Source: Candidatus Fervidifonticultor sextus (GTDB taxonomy: Bacteria > Sysuimicrobiota > Sysuimicrobiia > Sysuimicrobiales > Humicultoraceae). From it: a DNA stretch of 64,000 nt. Every line of letters starts with the position of its first letter. Position 1 is the stretch's first letter. Shown piece after piece: positions 23,745 to 33,193 of this stretch. A model generated the notes under the pieces. The model saw nothing but the letters and a program-made list of their open reading frames with translations, had not been told where the DNA came from and ran no database searches. Made by a program: the position numbers and the translations under genes. The DNA is taken from contig JAVKHQ010000018.1 of NCBI GenBank assembly GCA_031459875.1, positions 1-64,000 of the forward strand, written 5' to 3'.

Positions 23745-25001
23745 ATGATGCGACGAGTCCTGGTGTTCCTGGTGGCGGCGGTATTCACCCTGCCCCTGCT
23801 CCCCTCCGGCGCCTTCGGGCAGGAGCCGGTCAAGTTGACGTTCTGGTCGTGGCGGACCGAGGACAAGTGGGCCTACGACCGGATCATCCGGGTCTTCGAG
23901 CAGCGCAACCCCGGGATCAGGGTCGAGTTCATCCCGTATCGCAACGTGGAGTACAACACGATCCTCTCGTCCGCGCTGACGGCCGGAAGGGGCCCGGATA
24001 TCATCCACCTGCGGGCCTACGGCGGGCTGGAGACGTTTGCGGCGCCCGGGTTCCTGGCCCCCCTGGACGTCGACAAGGTCCCAGAGCTCAAGCGGTTCCC
24101 GCTCCAGACCATGGTCGGCGCGCGCAGCCGGAAGGACGGGAAAATCTACGGCGTGCCGTTCGCCACCCAGACCCTGGTCGTCTTCTACAACAGGAAGATC
24201 TTCCGGGAGCACAACCTGTCGGTGCCCAGGTCGTGGGACGCGTTCCTCGCCCTGATGAAAACCCTCAAGGACAAAGGCATCACCCCGCTGGCCAACGGCG
24301 CCAAGGAAGGCTGGACCCTGGAAGTCCTCTCGGGCGTCGTCGCGCCCAATTTCTACGGCGGGACTACGTTCTTCGAGGCGGTGACCCGCGGCCAGACGAC
24401 CTTCCGGGATCCGACGTACACCAATGCGCTGGCGAAGATGCTGGACCTGCGACCGTACATGCCCCAGGGGTTCATGGGCGTGGACTACGCGACGATGCAG
24501 CAGCTCTTCCTCAACGAACAGGCGGCCATGTTCATCGGCGGCTCGTGGGAGATCGGGTTCTTCAAGGAGCAGAACAGGAACCTGGACTTCGACGTCTTCC
24601 CGGGACCGCCTGAACGGGCCGACCAGGTCCCCTGGGTGTCGTCGTTCGCCGACGGCAACTACGGGATCAACGCCAGGACTCCGCACATGGACGCCGCGGT
24701 GAAGTTCATCCGGTTCACGGCCACGACGGAGTTCGGGCAGATGTTCACCGACCTGCTCAGGCAACTGTCGGCCGTCCCGGGCGTGGTGGTCAGGGACCCG
24801 ATCCTCCAGCACGTCCAGGCCATGAACCGCAAGGCCACGCCGTATATCATGCTGGTCGGCTTCCGCTGGCAGGCCCCCACCGGCTCCACGCTGCTGCAGA
24901 GCGCGCTGCAGGCCATGATGGCCGGGCAGATGACACCGGCGCAGGTGGGCGACGAGGTCACGCGGGGACTGAGTTCCTGGGTTGATGCCTTCAGGCGGTA
25001 G
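23745..25001 (+). CDS. Carbohydrate ABC transporter substrate-binding protein
   Basis: Signal peptide, GPDII, IYGVPF, FYNRKIF, AAMFIGGSW. Confidence 0.93.
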   Translation: MMRRVLVFLVAAVFTLPLLPSGAFGQEPVKLTFWSWRTEDKWAYDRIIRVFEQRNPGIRVEFIPYRNVEYNTILSSALTAGRGPDIIHLRAYGGLETFAAPGFLAPLDVDKVPELKRFPLQTMVGARSRKDGKIYGVPFATQTLVVFYNRKIFREHNLSVPRSWDAFLALMKTLKDKGITPLANGAKEGWTLEVLSGVVAPNFYGGTTFFEAVTRGQTTFRDPTYTNALAKMLDLRPYMPQGFMGVDYATMQQLFLNEQAAMFIGGSWEIGFFKEQNRNLDFDVFPGPPERADQVPWVSSFADGNYGINARTPHMDAAVKFIRFTATTEFGQMFTDLLRQLSAVPGVVVRDPILQHVQAMNRKATPYIMLVGFRWQAPTGSTLLQSALQAMMAGQMTPAQVGDEVTRGLSSWVDAFRR

Positions 25002-25998
25002 GCGGGAGGGGCGGGCGGAGGCCGCTTCGCCCGCCCCTGCGGTCGCGGGGGTCTCTGGAGCGCGCGCTCCTGCCCGAGGCCTGAGCCTGCAGACCAGCCG
25101 GCGGCTCTGGCTGGTCATCTTCTTGGGCCCGGCCGTCGCCCTCTTCGCGACCTTCGTGACCTATCCGATCGTCTCGGCGCTCGCCTACAGCGTCTATGGA
25201 TGGGAAGGCATCGGCCGGCGGGAGTTCGTCGGCCTGGGCAACTTCGTCCGCCTCTTCGAGACCTACCCCTACCCGCGACTGCTGGCGAACGCCTTCTGGC
25301 ACAACGTGATCGTCTTTGCGCTCACCATGCTGGTTCAGAACCTGGCGGGGCTGGGCCTGGCGCTCATCCTGGCGAGGGGCCCCGTGGGGGCGCGCACCTA
25401 CCGGGTCGTCTTCTTCCTGCCGGTGACTCTCTCGCTGGTGATCGTCGGGTTCATGTGGGCGCTGTTCTTGAACCCCGTCTTCGGGATCGTGAACAAGGCG
25501 CTGGCCGCCGCCGGACTGGCCGGCCTGGCGCGGCCCTGGCTGGGTGACCCCCAGACCGCGCTGGTGACCCTGACGCTCATCAACGCCTGGCGGTGGCTCG
25601 GGTTCCCGACGCTGGTCTTCCTGGCCGGGATCCAGGCCGTGCCCGACGAGTACCTGGAGGCGGCGCGGATCGACGGCGCCGGGGAGGGGGAGGTGATCCG
25701 CCGGATCATCCTGCCGCTGCTGGCGCCCTCCGTCACCATCATCGTGACGTTGACGTTCATCGGGGCCTTCAACTGGTTCGAACTGCCCTACGTCGTGCAG
25801 GGCGTCTCCGGCCCGCCCAACCGCGCCACGGACGTGCTCGGGTTGCTCTTCTACCGCACGGCGTTCGGCGAGGTGGACACCGGACTCCAGGATATCGGGG
25901 TCGGCTCGGCCATCGCAGTCCTGATGTTCATCGTGATGGGCGCCGTCGCGACGTTCGGCGCGCTCTACCTCCGGCGTCGAGAGATCGAACTGGCATGA
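24982..25998 (+). CDS. Carbohydrate ABC transporter permease (true start probably further downstream)
   Basis: FVGLGNF and the EAA motif EAARIDGA. Confidence 0.92.
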   Translation: MMPSGGRREGRAEAASPAPAVAGVSGARAPARGLSLQTSRRLWLVIFLGPAVALFATFVTYPIVSALAYSVYGWEGIGRREFVGLGNFVRLFETYPYPRLLANAFWHNVIVFALTMLVQNLAGLGLALILARGPVGARTYRVVFFLPVTLSLVIVGFMWALFLNPVFGIVNKALAAAGLAGLARPWLGDPQTALVTLTLINAWRWLGFPTLVFLAGIQAVPDEYLEAARIDGAGEGEVIRRIILPLLAPSVTIIVTLTFIGAFNWFELPYVVQGVSGPPNRATDVLGLLFYRTAFGEVDTGLQDIGVGSAIAVLMFIVMGAVATFGALYLRRREIELA

Positions 25999-26837
25999 CT
26001 CCCGCCAGCAGACGGCCGCGTTCCCTCTGGTCACCGCTGGCCCACGCGGTGCTGATGGCCAATGCGGTCCTGGTGCTGGTCCCCATGGTGCTCATGGGCC
26101 TGTCGGCATTCAAGACGACCCGCGAGATCTTCCAGCGACCCTTCGGGCTGCCGGCAACGTGGAGCCTGGCCAACTTCCAGCGGGTCTGGGTGGAGGCGCG
26201 TTTTGGAGACTACTTCCAGAACAGCCTCATCGTCACCGTGGCATCGGCCGCGATCCTGGTGGTCCTGGGCGCCATGACCGGCTATGCCCTCGGACGCTTC
26301 CAGTTCAGGGGCAACGACCTGCTCTACGTCTACTTCCTCAGCGGGCTGCTGCTTCCCATCCGGCTCGCCATCATTCCGCTGTTCATCCTGATGCGCAACC
26401 TGAACCTGCTGGACACGCTGTGGTCGCTGATCCTCATCTACGCGGCCTCGGGGCTGCCCAGCGCCGTGTTCATCCTCACGGGATTCTTCCGCACCCTGCC
26501 CGCCGACCTCGACTCCGCGGCCCGCATCGACGGTGCCAGCGAGTGGGTCATCTTCACCCGGGTCATGCTGCCGCTGGTGCGGCCGGCCCTGGTGATCGTC
26601 ACGATCTACAATGTGATCCCGATCTGGAACGACTTCTTCTTCCCGCTGGTCTTCATCAAGTCGGACCGGCTCAAGACGCTGCCCCTGGGGATGACGACCT
26701 TCTTTGGCCAGTACTACACCGACTACGCCGCCCTGTTCGCCGGACTCACGCTGGCGGCGCTGCCGGTCATCGCCCTCTACGTGGTGCTCTCGCAGCACTT
26801 CATCCGGGGCCTGACGGCCGGCGCGGTGAAGGGGTAG
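25995..26837 (+). CDS. Carbohydrate ABC transporter permease
   Basis: SAARIDGA, WNDFFFPL, GLTAGAVKG. Confidence 0.93.
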   Translation: MTPASRRPRSLWSPLAHAVLMANAVLVLVPMVLMGLSAFKTTREIFQRPFGLPATWSLANFQRVWVEARFGDYFQNSLIVTVASAAILVVLGAMTGYALGRFQFRGNDLLYVYFLSGLLLPIRLAIIPLFILMRNLNLLDTLWSLILIYAASGLPSAVFILTGFFRTLPADLDSAARIDGASEWVIFTRVMLPLVRPALVIVTIYNVIPIWNDFFFPLVFIKSDRLKTLPLGMTTFFGQYYTDYAALFAGLTLAALPVIALYVVLSQHFIRGLTAGAVKG

Positions 26838-26879
26838 CTGACCGACCGGCGGGCGGCTTCTGCGTGGAGCGGACCAAGA

Positions 26880-27780
26880 TCAGGCATCGCCACGTCCCCT
26901 CACCTCGATCCGCAGGATGGTTTCAGGACCTCGGATCAACGCCGTACTGTCCTGAGATCCAAACCCCTGCGCCAAGGCCAGCTGGTGCAACTCGACGGCG
27001 CCGTTCATCACCAACATCGGCACTGCCATCTCGCGCGCCAGCGCGGCAACCTGCTGGATGTCCTTGTAGGCCATCTCGAGGCGGAACCCAACCCGATCGA
27101 ACTGGCGGGCCAGAACCTTGGGGACCACGTACTGCAAGAGCGGGCTGTTGGCCGTAGACGACGAGAGCATCTGAAAGAGCTGCTGCACGTCCAGGCCGGC
27201 GACCGCCGCCAGCGCGAAACCCTCCGCGATGCCGGCGCTGGCGATGATCCCGATCATGTTCTGGATGAGTTTGGCGGTATGCCCGGCCCCCACAGGTCCG
27301 GAGTGAGACACACGCTGGCCCACGGCGTGCAGCAGCGGCCGCATCGCCTCCAGCGTGTGTGAATCCCCGCCGACCATGATCGTCAGCGTCTTGTTCCTGG
27401 CCCCTGACGGCCCGCCGGTGACCGGCGCACCGAGGAAGCGCCCCCCATCTCCGCCACCCGCGCCGCGTGTCCGGCGGGAAGCTGGTGCCCATGTCGATCA
27501 CGGTCTAGCCAGGGGTCATCCCCTCGGCCAGACCCTGCCTGCCGAAGATCACCATCTCCACCTCACGAACCGTGGGCAGCATCATGATTGCGGCCTTGCT
27601 CCTGGCGGAGGCCTCGGCAGGCGTCGCCACCTCCGCGGCACCCCGCGCGACGAGGCGATCGACCGGCGCGCGATTGCGATGCGCCACGATCGTCACCTCA
27701 TGTCCGGCTGCCAGCATGTGGCCCGCCATCGGCTCACCCATGAGACCGACGCCAAAGAACGCGACTCGCGCCATGCTCAT
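26880..27780 (-). pseudogene. Beta-hydroxyacid dehydrogenase (3-hydroxyisobutyrate/GarR family) pseudogene
   Basis: GVGLMG...; in-frame TAG at 27505-27507, frame changes at ~27440-27465, FLGAPVTGG (D to G), AKLIQN, YKD. Confidence 0.88.
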
Positions 27781-27816
27781 CCCCCTGTGCTCAGGTCCAG
27801 GTTCGCGAAACCAGCC

Positions 27817-28533
27817 TCAGGGAGATGAGGCTATGCCCAGGTAGGAGGCGACGATCTGCGCGTTGTGCAACAGCGCCGGCCCCGGACCGTCCAGAATAAC
27901 CCGGCCCGTCTCCAGCACGTATGCGCGGTGGGCTATTCGAAGCGCCTGCGTCACCTCCTGAGAGATCAGGAGGATCGTCAATCCCTCATGATTCAACCGT
28001 CGAAGGGCGGCGAAGATCTCGGCGGCCACGCGAGGGGCAAGGCCAAGCGACGGCTCATCGAGCGCCAGCAGCCGCGGCTGAGCCATGAGCGCCCGGGCAA
28101 CGGCCAGCATCTGCTGTTCGCCGCCCGAAAGTGTACCTGCCAGCTGAGCCTGACGCTCGCGCAGGATCGGGAAGAGCGCGAAGACGTGCTCCATCTGCTC
28201 GCGCAGGTGCGTCCGGGCGCGCCGGCTGTAGGCACCAAGTTCCAGGTGTTCGCGCACGCTCATGCTGGGGAAGAGCAGCCGACCTTCCGGCACATGGACG
28301 AAGCCGCGCTCGCAGATGAGGTCTGGGGGGAGCCCGGCGATCGGTTCGCCGTCGAAGACCACCGCGCCCCGGGTGATGGGGTGGAGGCCAGAGAGCACCC
28401 GCAGCAGGGTGGTCTTGCCAGCGCCATTGGGACCAATGACGCTGACGAACTGGCCGGTGTCAACGGTCAAGGATACCCCGTGGAGCACCTCCAGCTCCCC
28501 GTAGGCGGCGCAGAGGCTCTCAACCTGCAGCAT
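27817..28533 (-). CDS. Liv-type ABC ATPase (LivF-like)
   Basis: GPNGAGKTT, VPEGR, LSGGEQQML, DEPSLGLAP. Confidence 0.93.
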   Translation of the reverse strand: MLQVESLCAAYGELEVLHGVSLTVDTGQFVSVIGPNGAGKTTLLRVLSGLHPITRGAVVFDGEPIAGLPPDLICERGFVHVPEGRLLFPSMSVREHLELGAYSRRARTHLREQMEHVFALFPILRERQAQLAGTLSGGEQQMLAVARALMAQPRLLALDEPSLGLAPRVAAEIFAALRRLNHEGLTILLISQEVTQALRIAHRAYVLETGRVILDGPGPALLHNAQIVASYLGIASSP

Positions 28534-29251
28534 CGAAGCCCTCCCCCAGGTAAATGTGGCGGACCTGCGGGTCTGCCTGGATCGCGGCAGGCGAACCCTG
28601 GGCGATGACCTGGCCTGATCCCAGGACCACCACGTGCTCGCACAGGCCCATGACAATGCGGATGACGTGCTCGACCAGCAGCACGGTGATCCCCAGCTCG
28701 TCACGAATCCGTCTCACCAGGGCCACGGCGCCCTCGCTCTCAGCAGGGTTGAGGCCCGCGAAAACCTCGTCCAGCAGCAGCAACCTCGGCCCGGTGGCCA
28801 GCGCCCGGGCCAGCTCCAGGCGCTTCTTGCCGCCCAGCGTCAGCACACTGACGGGCGCGTCCACCGCACCTGCCAGACCTACGTACTGCAGCCAGTGACG
28901 AGCCTCAGCCCGGGCCTCGCGGACGTGGCGTACTCCCCGGCCGTAGAGGACGGCAGCAGCGACGTTGTCGGTGGTGGTCAGCCCGACAAACGGCCGAACC
29001 ACCTGGAAGGTCCGCGCGATACCGGCCCGCGCAATCTGGAACGGAGGCAGGCCCACCAGGCGGCGGCGCATGAAGACCACGTCACCGGCATCCGGCGGAT
29101 GAAAGCCCGTGATGACGTTAAACATGGTCGTCTTGCCCGAGCCGTTAGGACCGATCAGGCCAACGATGGCCCCCTCATCTACCTGGAAGCTCACCGAGCG
29201 CAACACCACCAGGCCGCCGAAGCGCTTGGAGACGCCACCGACGCGCAGCAT
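28520..29251 (-). CDS. Liv-type ABC ATPase (LivG-like)
   Basis: GPNGSGKTT, ARTFQ, LLDEVFAGLN, VEH. Confidence 0.93.
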   Translation of the reverse strand: MLRVGGVSKRFGGLVVLRSVSFQVDEGAIVGLIGPNGSGKTTMFNVITGFHPPDAGDVVFMRRRLVGLPPFQIARAGIARTFQVVRPFVGLTTTDNVAAAVLYGRGVRHVREARAEARHWLQYVGLAGAVDAPVSVLTLGGKKRLELARALATGPRLLLLDEVFAGLNPAESEGAVALVRRIRDELGITVLLVEHVIRIVMGLCEHVVVLGSGQVIAQGSPAAIQADPQVRHIYLGEGFDAAG

Positions 29252-29256
29252 GGCAG

Positions 29257-30219
29257 TTAGAGCCGCGCCTCCGCTGCCGGGACAGCCGCAGGCGGCCGGG
29301 GGGCGCGCCGCCGAAGCCGCTCCAGGTGCGGCAGCAACCCGTCGGGGAGCAGCACAATCACCAGGGCCAGCCCCAGGCCGAAGATGATGCGCGCAGCCTC
29401 TGTCCCCACCCGGACAGTGAGGAGCTCATCGACCAGCCGCACCACCACCGCGCCCAGGATCGGACCGGCCCAGGACTGCCGTCCCCCCAGCAGCGCCATG
29501 AGCACGGCCAGCACTGAGAGGTGGAGGTCGAACATGAAGTCAGGATGGATGTAGGAGCGGTCGTAGGCGTAGATGCCCCCGACCAGGCCGGTCAGCCCGG
29601 CGCTGAGGATCAATGCACTCATCTTCAGCCGCACCACCGGGACGCCGATGCTCTGCGCCGCCTCCTCATCCTCGCGAATCGCCTCCAGGCCGACACCCAT
29701 CTTCCCTAGGCGCACAGCCCGCCCGGCCAGAGCGGTGACCAGGGCCACAGCCAGCATGGCGTAGTAGAAGGCACGCCGCGCCACCAGCGGCTCCCACGGC
29801 GGGAGTGTCATCCACAACCCCTCTGCCGCGCCGGTCCACGGGAGGTTGAGGATGACGGCGCGCACCGCCAGGCCCAGGATCATGGTGACCACGGCGAAGT
29901 ACGGGCCGCGCAGGCGCAGGCACGGGTACCCGGCCAGGGCGGCAAACCCGGCCGCGACCGCAGCGCCAAGTGGCGCGGTGAGGAACGGCGAGAGCCCGGT
30001 CCGGACCAGGAACAATCCGGTTGTGTAGCCACCGAGACCGAAGAAGGTTGCGTGGCCAAAGCTCAGGTAGCCCGCGAACCCGCCGATTACGTTCCAGGCC
30101 ACCGCCAGGGCAGCGTACATGAAGGTGGAGTACAGCAAGGCCAGCGGGTACTCCCCTGTGCCCACCCAGGGGAGGAGAAGCAGGACCACTACCAGGCCAG
30201 CAGCGACCGCCCGGCTCAT
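29257..30219 (-). CDS. Liv-type ABC permease (LivM-like)
   Basis: GYLSFGH, LRLRGPYFA, AIREDEEAA. Confidence 0.93.
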   Translation of the reverse strand: MSRAVAAGLVVVLLLLPWVGTGEYPLALLYSTFMYAALAVAWNVIGGFAGYLSFGHATFFGLGGYTTGLFLVRTGLSPFLTAPLGAAVAAGFAALAGYPCLRLRGPYFAVVTMILGLAVRAVILNLPWTGAAEGLWMTLPPWEPLVARRAFYYAMLAVALVTALAGRAVRLGKMGVGLEAIREDEEAAQSIGVPVVRLKMSALILSAGLTGLVGGIYAYDRSYIHPDFMFDLHLSVLAVLMALLGGRQSWAGPILGAVVVRLVDELLTVRVGTEAARIIFGLGLALVIVLLPDGLLPHLERLRRRAPRPPAAVPAAEARL

Positions 30220-31079
30220 CGTCTAAACAACCCCGTCGGCCGCCACAGCAGCAGCACACCCAGCGAGGCAAACAGGAGGAAAGGCGCCCAGGCGAAGGGG
30301 ATGACCAGCGTGCTGAGGTTGGTCAGTGCCCCTACCAGCATACCGGCCACCACCGCCCCGAGCAGGCTGCCAACTCCGCCCACGATCACGACCAGGAAAA
30401 CGAACACGAGCCACATCAGGTGGGACGCGGGGGAGAAGCTGTAGATCAGGGCCAGGGCCACGCCCGCCACGCCGGCTGAAGCAATGGCCAGGCCGTAGGT
30501 GAGGCTTGTGACCTGGCGGAGATTGATGGCACAGAGCGCGGCACCCTCAGGATTCTGCCAGACCGCGCGCACGGCTTTGCCCGGGAATGTCTTGTGGAGA
30601 AACAGGTACAGTGCCGCGATGGTCACCGCGGCCAGGCCGGCGCCGGCCAGGTGCGTAATCGGCAGAACCAACCCGCGCAGCTGCACCGCCCGGCCGGTAT
30701 AAGCCACGTTGACCACCCGCGGCCCGGGTCCCCAGACAGCGGCCAGGACGTTCTCCAGCGCGGCGGCCAGCCCGAAGGTCAGCACCATGGAGACCAGCAC
30801 CAGGTCACCGCCCCGCCGGACGGCGGGGCGAATGACCCCTTCGTGGAAGCCGACACCCACTAGGAAAAAGAGCGGCACCACCACCGCCAGGCTGGCCAGG
30901 GGATCCACGCCGTGCGCCGCCAGCAGGTAGACCGCATACGCTGCCCCCACTGCCAGCGCCGGGTGGACGATGTTGATGACATGCGCAACGCCCCAGATCA
31001 GGCTGAACCCGGCCCCCAGGAGCGCGTAGACAGTGCCGGTCAGGAGCCCGGTGGCCAGCGCCTGGAGCACCTGGGCCAC
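30216..31079 (-). CDS. Liv-type ABC permease (LivH-like)
   Basis: GFSLIWGV, GKAVRAV, VIVGGVGS. Confidence 0.92.
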   Translation of the reverse strand: MAQVLQALATGLLTGTVYALLGAGFSLIWGVAHVINIVHPALAVGAAYAVYLLAAHGVDPLASLAVVVPLFFLVGVGFHEGVIRPAVRRGGDLVLVSMVLTFGLAAALENVLAAVWGPGPRVVNVAYTGRAVQLRGLVLPITHLAGAGLAAVTIAALYLFLHKTFPGKAVRAVWQNPEGAALCAINLRQVTSLTYGLAIASAGVAGVALALIYSFSPASHLMWLVFVFLVVIVGGVGSLLGAVVAGMLVGALTNLSTLVIPFAWAPFLLFASLGVLLLWRPTGLFRR

Positions 31080-31086
31080 GAGCGGA

Positions 31087-32295
31087 CTACCGCCTCCAGG
31101 GCGGTTTGGGGTAGACCGGCTGCGCCGAGCGGCGCCCGGGCGGCCAGATCAGCTCCACCTCACCGTTGATCACCTGCGTGGCGTACTCGTAGGGTGCCGG
31201 CAGCCCCCTCTCGTCGAAGCGCAACTCTCCGGAGATGGTCTTAAACGTGGTTTCGCGCATGTACCGCACCAGCACGGCATGGCTGAGGCTCCCGGCCCCT
31301 TCGACGGCCTGCTGCAATAACTGGGCCCAGGCATAGCCGAACAGGAAGTACAGCGGTGCCCACTTCAGGTTCCACCGCTCCCGCGCCACCTGGTTCAGCT
31401 CGGCGATGCCGGGATAGGGAAGTTTGTGGTGAATGGCCGTCCCCGAGATGACGTAGTCGCCGTCAGGCCCAAGCTGGGTCACCCACTCCGGGATGAGCGT
31501 ACCTATTGCCTGCAGGATCACCTTGGGATTGTAGTCCAGGGCCTTCATGGCTCTTATGGTCAGGACGCCGTCGGGGAAAAATCCGTTGGCCAGGAACATG
31601 TCCGCGCCAAGGGCCCGGGCCCGCGAGACCAGGGGCTCGGCGGACGCCAGAGGAAGGTCGTACAGCTCATCCATGACCAGCGGGATCTCCAACCGCTTGA
31701 GGCCGTCCTGAATCGATTCGCGCGCGGACATACCTACGGGGTTGTTCACAGTAATGGCCGCCGCACGCGTTGGCCTCTGCGCTTTGGGAATGTTACTCAG
31801 CCACCGCCACGCGCCCTCATACCACCACTGGCCCATCAGCGGGGGGCCGCCAAAACTGTACTTGAACCCGCGGCGGAAGGACGCCATGTGCCCACCCATG
31901 GAGATGTAGACCTTCCGGTACCGCTCGACCAGTGCCATCTGCGCGGCCGCCGCCGTCCCCGGGTACCCGCCGAGGATCAGGTCCACCCGGTCGACCGTGA
32001 TCAACCGCTCGAGCAGGCTCACGGCGCGGTCCACGCTGCTGGCGTCGTCGAGAATCGTTACCTCCACCGGGCGACCGAGCAGGCCACCCTGCCGGTTGAT
32101 CCTCTCGGCCCAGTAGCGGTAGCCGCGCTCCACCCACACGCCGGTATCAGCGAAGGGACCGGTTAGCGGCAGCGTACCTCCCAGGCGAATCGGCCTGGCC
32201 TGGGCCCACACACCATGGCTCAGGACCTGGGGGACCGCCAACGCTGTGGCTCCCAGGGCGGCGGACTTTAAGAACTGCCTGCGGGATAGCCTCAC
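31087..32295 (-). CDS. Liv-type substrate-binding protein with Tat signal
   Basis: LSRRQFLK twin-arginine motif, PLTGPFA, GGLLGRPVE, DD. Confidence 0.92.
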   Translation of the reverse strand: MRLSRRQFLKSAALGATALAVPQVLSHGVWAQARPIRLGGTLPLTGPFADTGVWVERGYRYWAERINRQGGLLGRPVEVTILDDASSVDRAVSLLERLITVDRVDLILGGYPGTAAAAQMALVERYRKVYISMGGHMASFRRGFKYSFGGPPLMGQWWYEGAWRWLSNIPKAQRPTRAAAITVNNPVGMSARESIQDGLKRLEIPLVMDELYDLPLASAEPLVSRARALGADMFLANGFFPDGVLTIRAMKALDYNPKVILQAIGTLIPEWVTQLGPDGDYVISGTAIHHKLPYPGIAELNQVARERWNLKWAPLYFLFGYAWAQLLQQAVEGAGSLSHAVLVRYMRETTFKTISGELRFDERGLPAPYEYATQVINGEVELIWPPGRRSAQPVYPKPPWRR

Positions 32296-32336
32296 CTCTG
32301 CTCCTCCTTTCCCGTCACCCGGCTGGTGACGCCACC

Positions 32337-33152
32337 TCAGACATCAATGGGTTCTTCAATGATGGCCACCGCGCGTGTCCACGCGGCGCTGGCCGCTTTC
32401 AGCTTGTAGGGGAAGCAGGCGACCTTGAACCCAAAGGGTCGGGGGATCTTGTCCAGGTTGGTCAGCTTTTCGATCTGGCAGTACTCCCTCTCCTTGCCGT
32501 AGAAGTGGGATTCCCAGAACCTGCCGCGCACCCCGCTGGCGGCTTCCCGGAACATCACGTCGAACGGACGGTCCAGCCCCCAGGCATCGATACCTATCAC
32601 CTTCACGCCTCGCTCAACCAGGTACTGGGTCGCGCTGCGTTCCAGGCCGGGGTGCAACATGTCGTAGCCGGGCTGCTTGAACGCCTTCCATGTGTCGGTG
32701 CGAACCAGGGCGATGTCGTAGGGCCTGATAACATAGCCCATCGCCGCCAGAGAGGCCTCCACATCGGCCGCAGTGATCCCCTCACCGCGCTGTTTGTGCG
32801 TCATGTCCAGCACGAAGGCGTCGCTGAGGAACCACCGCAAGGGCAACTGCTCGATGGTCCTCGCCGGTTCACCACCAGATGTGGGGCCATAGTGATAGGG
32901 GGCGTCAACATGGGTCCCGGAGTGCGACGAGAGCGTGGCCACCTCTACGGCCCAGGCATGGCCATCGGGAAAAAGGGCAGGGAGCAGGCCCTGGTCGACC
33001 TTAAAGACGTCCACGGTCATGTGCATGCCCTGCACGTGGTCGATGTACTGGATCTGGTGGCGGTTGGGCTCGAAAGCGCTGGTCTCATTCTCCAGCGTGT
33101 CGCTCAGGTCGATGAGCGTCACCCGGGTGCGGCCCACAATGTAGCTCTCCAT
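32337..33152 (-). CDS. Cyclase-family metal hydrolase (kynurenine formamidase-like)
   Basis: HSGTHVDAPYH, GIDAWG, QIEKLTNL. Confidence 0.9.
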   Translation of the reverse strand: MESYIVGRTRVTLIDLSDTLENETSAFEPNRHQIQYIDHVQGMHMTVDVFKVDQGLLPALFPDGHAWAVEVATLSSHSGTHVDAPYHYGPTSGGEPARTIEQLPLRWFLSDAFVLDMTHKQRGEGITAADVEASLAAMGYVIRPYDIALVRTDTWKAFKQPGYDMLHPGLERSATQYLVERGVKVIGIDAWGLDRPFDVMFREAASGVRGRFWESHFYGKEREYCQIEKLTNLDKIPRPFGFKVACFPYKLKAASAAWTRAVAIIEEPIDV

Positions 33153-33193
33153 GGTTCTCCCCCTCCTCCCCCTGCGCGAACCCGGCCAGGCCG

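Noticed and set aside
27505..27507. In-frame TAG as pyrrolysine or readthrough
   Set aside because: The same gene has frameshifts and a D-to-G motif change, indicating ordinary decay
32313..32331. Hairpin CGTCACC/GGTGACG between the cyclase and binding-protein genes
   Set aside because: Short stem with no U-tract; at most an mRNA stability element
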